DNA of 39,795 nucleotides. It comes from a virus (lineage: Duplodnaviria > Caudoviricetes). Position numbers and translations under genes: made by a program. Below are positions 38,526 to 39,795 of the stretch, in pieces. The DNA is taken from positions 1-39,795 of IMG/VR virus record IMGVR_UViG_3300048577_000101; one strand, 5' to 3'. Below the pieces are notes generated by a model that saw only the letters and a program-made list of their open reading frames with translations, searched no databases and was not told the DNA's origin. Each line of letters starts with the position of its first letter. The first letter of the stretch is position 1.

Positions 38526-38755
38526 TGGGAAGCGACACATGGTCATGGAGAACGCGGTTTGAGCCGCTCCCGGACATCACGACCTATGAACTGGCGATGG
38601 ACGTGAAGTACATCAACCGATCGCAGATCGTCGGTAGCTGGGAATGTGATGCCATGGGCTCGGCCTTGCGCCATCGCGTCCTTGACGATCCGTCGCGACG
38701 GCGGATGGACGAAGTCTACCGGGACTGGCTCAGCCGCCAGCAGCGCGCATCATGA
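38525..38755 (+). CDS. Hypothetical protein
   Basis: TGATG coupling; FEPLPDITTYELA. Confidence 0.55.
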   Translation: MGSDTWSWRTRFEPLPDITTYELAMDVKYINRSQIVGSWECDAMGSALRHRVLDDPSRRRMDEVYRDWLSRQQRAS

Positions 38756-38907
38756 TCGACAAACTCGCCAGCCTCTTCGGCATAGCCCTCACCCTCTTCA
38801 TCCTCGGCCTTGCATCCTTTGGCGCCCTGCAGTCCTGCAGTGAGCGGTGGATGGCGCAGGATCGCGCTGCTGATCGACCTGCCTTACCGGTGTTTCAGAA
38901 GGATTGA
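38752..38907 (+). CDS. Small membrane protein (51 aa, MIDKLASLFGIALTLFILG...)
   Basis: Hand-translated; ATGA coupling. Confidence 0.5.
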   Translation: MIDKLASLFGIALTLFILGLASFGALQSCSERWMAQDRAADRPALPVFQKD

Positions 38908-38926
38908 TTGATCTGCTATAGTTCAA

Positions 38927-39139
38927 CTTCCAACGGGACCGGCAGACGACGCGTTGGAATGTCGGTAGCGCACCACGGCAGGACCATAAGCGATCTGTCG
39001 ATCCGAGACTGGTAGGCGATCCGCTCACCATGGCGGCGAGAAGGTCGGCGTTTCCCCGGCGGAATTTGGCCGGTGATCGCATCAAGCGCCGACCGGCACA
39101 GCGAGGTGGCGAACCCATGCGTCCCGGTCCCGTTGGAAG
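38927..39139 (+). ncRNA. Candidate ~213-nt structured ncRNA
   Basis: Perfect 16-bp end pairing 38927-38942/39124-39139; extended -10 TGcTATAGT at 38914-38922; inner stems. Confidence 0.6.
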
Positions 39140-39142
39140 CCT

Positions 39143-39421
39143 TCACTGCACAATCCGGTAGACCTTCGCCCGCTTCCTCTCCCGCTCCGGTTTCGGCTTC
39201 CCGTGGTTCAATGCCTTCCTGACTGCGATATTGGCATGAAACAGGAAGTCTCTTCCTTCTGCGGTGTTGATCAGGGTCTCGACGGCGAGCTGCCAGTGCG
39301 GCTTTAGCTGCTCGGCCTTCGGGAGATTCTGGATGTAGCGGGCGGCGTCTTCCAGGGTGGCCAGCTTGCCGCCTTCGGGCAGGGGAATCGGGTCATCGAA
39401 GGGGCGGGTCCAGCCTTTCAT
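39143..39421 (-). CDS. Hypothetical protein, SOS-boxed operon gene 2
   Basis: W.RPFDDPIPLP.G..L.TL.DAA.YI..LP...W..A motif. Confidence 0.75.
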   Translation of the reverse strand: MKGWTRPFDDPIPLPEGGKLATLEDAARYIQNLPKAEQLKPHWQLAVETLINTAEGRDFLFHANIAVRKALNHGKPKPERERKRAKVYRIVQ

Positions 39422-39630
39422 TTCAGCCTGTCCCGTTCCACCCGCGCCAGATCCTTAGCCGCTTCCATCGCATCGGCCTGCGTCATTTCCCTGGAGACAC
39501 CCCTTCGGAATGCATTGTCATCCCAGTAGAAGTAAACGCTCTCCCTGCCGTCCTGAAAGCGGACATCGAAGGAACCGCAGTCGGGGACGGGCTCGTGGCG
39601 GATGATGCGGATTGGATCGGTTGGGGCCAT
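39418..39630 (-). CDS. Hypothetical protein, SOS-boxed operon gene 1
   Basis: RIIRHE..PDCGSF.VRF.DGR.S.YFYWDD; ATGA coupling to gene 2. Confidence 0.75.
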   Translation of the reverse strand: MAPTDPIRIIRHEPVPDCGSFDVRFQDGRESVYFYWDDNAFRRGVSREMTQADAMEAAKDLARVERDRLK

Positions 39631-39638
39631 AGGGTCGC

Positions 39639-39714
39639 ATCATAGACCGGAACGGGCCGGGAACGTCCATGTGCTCGTGGTGTGTCAATCGGGGTTCATG
39701 TTCCCGTATCGTTC
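39639..39714 (-). promoter_or_regulatory. Promoter with two alphaproteobacterial LexA boxes
   Basis: GAAC-N7-GAAC 39650-39664; GTTC-N7-GTTC 39700-39714; minus-strand TATGAT 39644-39639 and TTGACA 39688-39683. Confidence 0.75.
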
Positions 39715-39795
39715 ATGCGCTCTGGTGCGCTCCGTTCTACCTTACCCCTTTGATTTGTTGAGCTGTTCCATTCTACCACCTTCCACAAACGGGAA

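Noticed and set aside
38927-39139. Retron msr-msd or MITE
   Set aside because: No reverse transcriptase nearby and no target-site duplication; kept as an ncRNA candidate instead

Overview
The whole window is the central and right part of a temperate, lambda/HK97-like siphoviral prophage of an alphaproteobacterium. Hyphomicrobiales (probably Bradyrhizobiaceae) is inferred from GapR, alpha-type LexA boxes, an alpha-r8-like sRNA and the high GC. Gene order: immunity switch (short repressor, Cro, five operators, lipoprotein); early right operon (DUF3310, HNH, DUF3102-MTase, sliding clamp, GapR, GcrA/Myb-like, replication initiator); NusG-family antiterminator; HNH-kinase; cos-like region; terminase, portal, ClpP protease and capsid; neck with an inserted fibre module; tail; lysis; right-end accessory genes. 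The integrase and left arm lie outside the window. Main oddities: a 5 x 12-bp repeat array plus two terminators and a host-type sRNA behind the NusG paralogue; a Maf/sialyltransferase-fold enzyme in the head module; a repeat-ruler neck fibre module with an S74 chaperone; a signal-peptide-bearing tail-fibre-like protein; three unannotated structured RNA regions; and LexA-boxed small genes that may induce a non-cleavable repressor. All family calls come from motifs recognised by eye, not from database searches.
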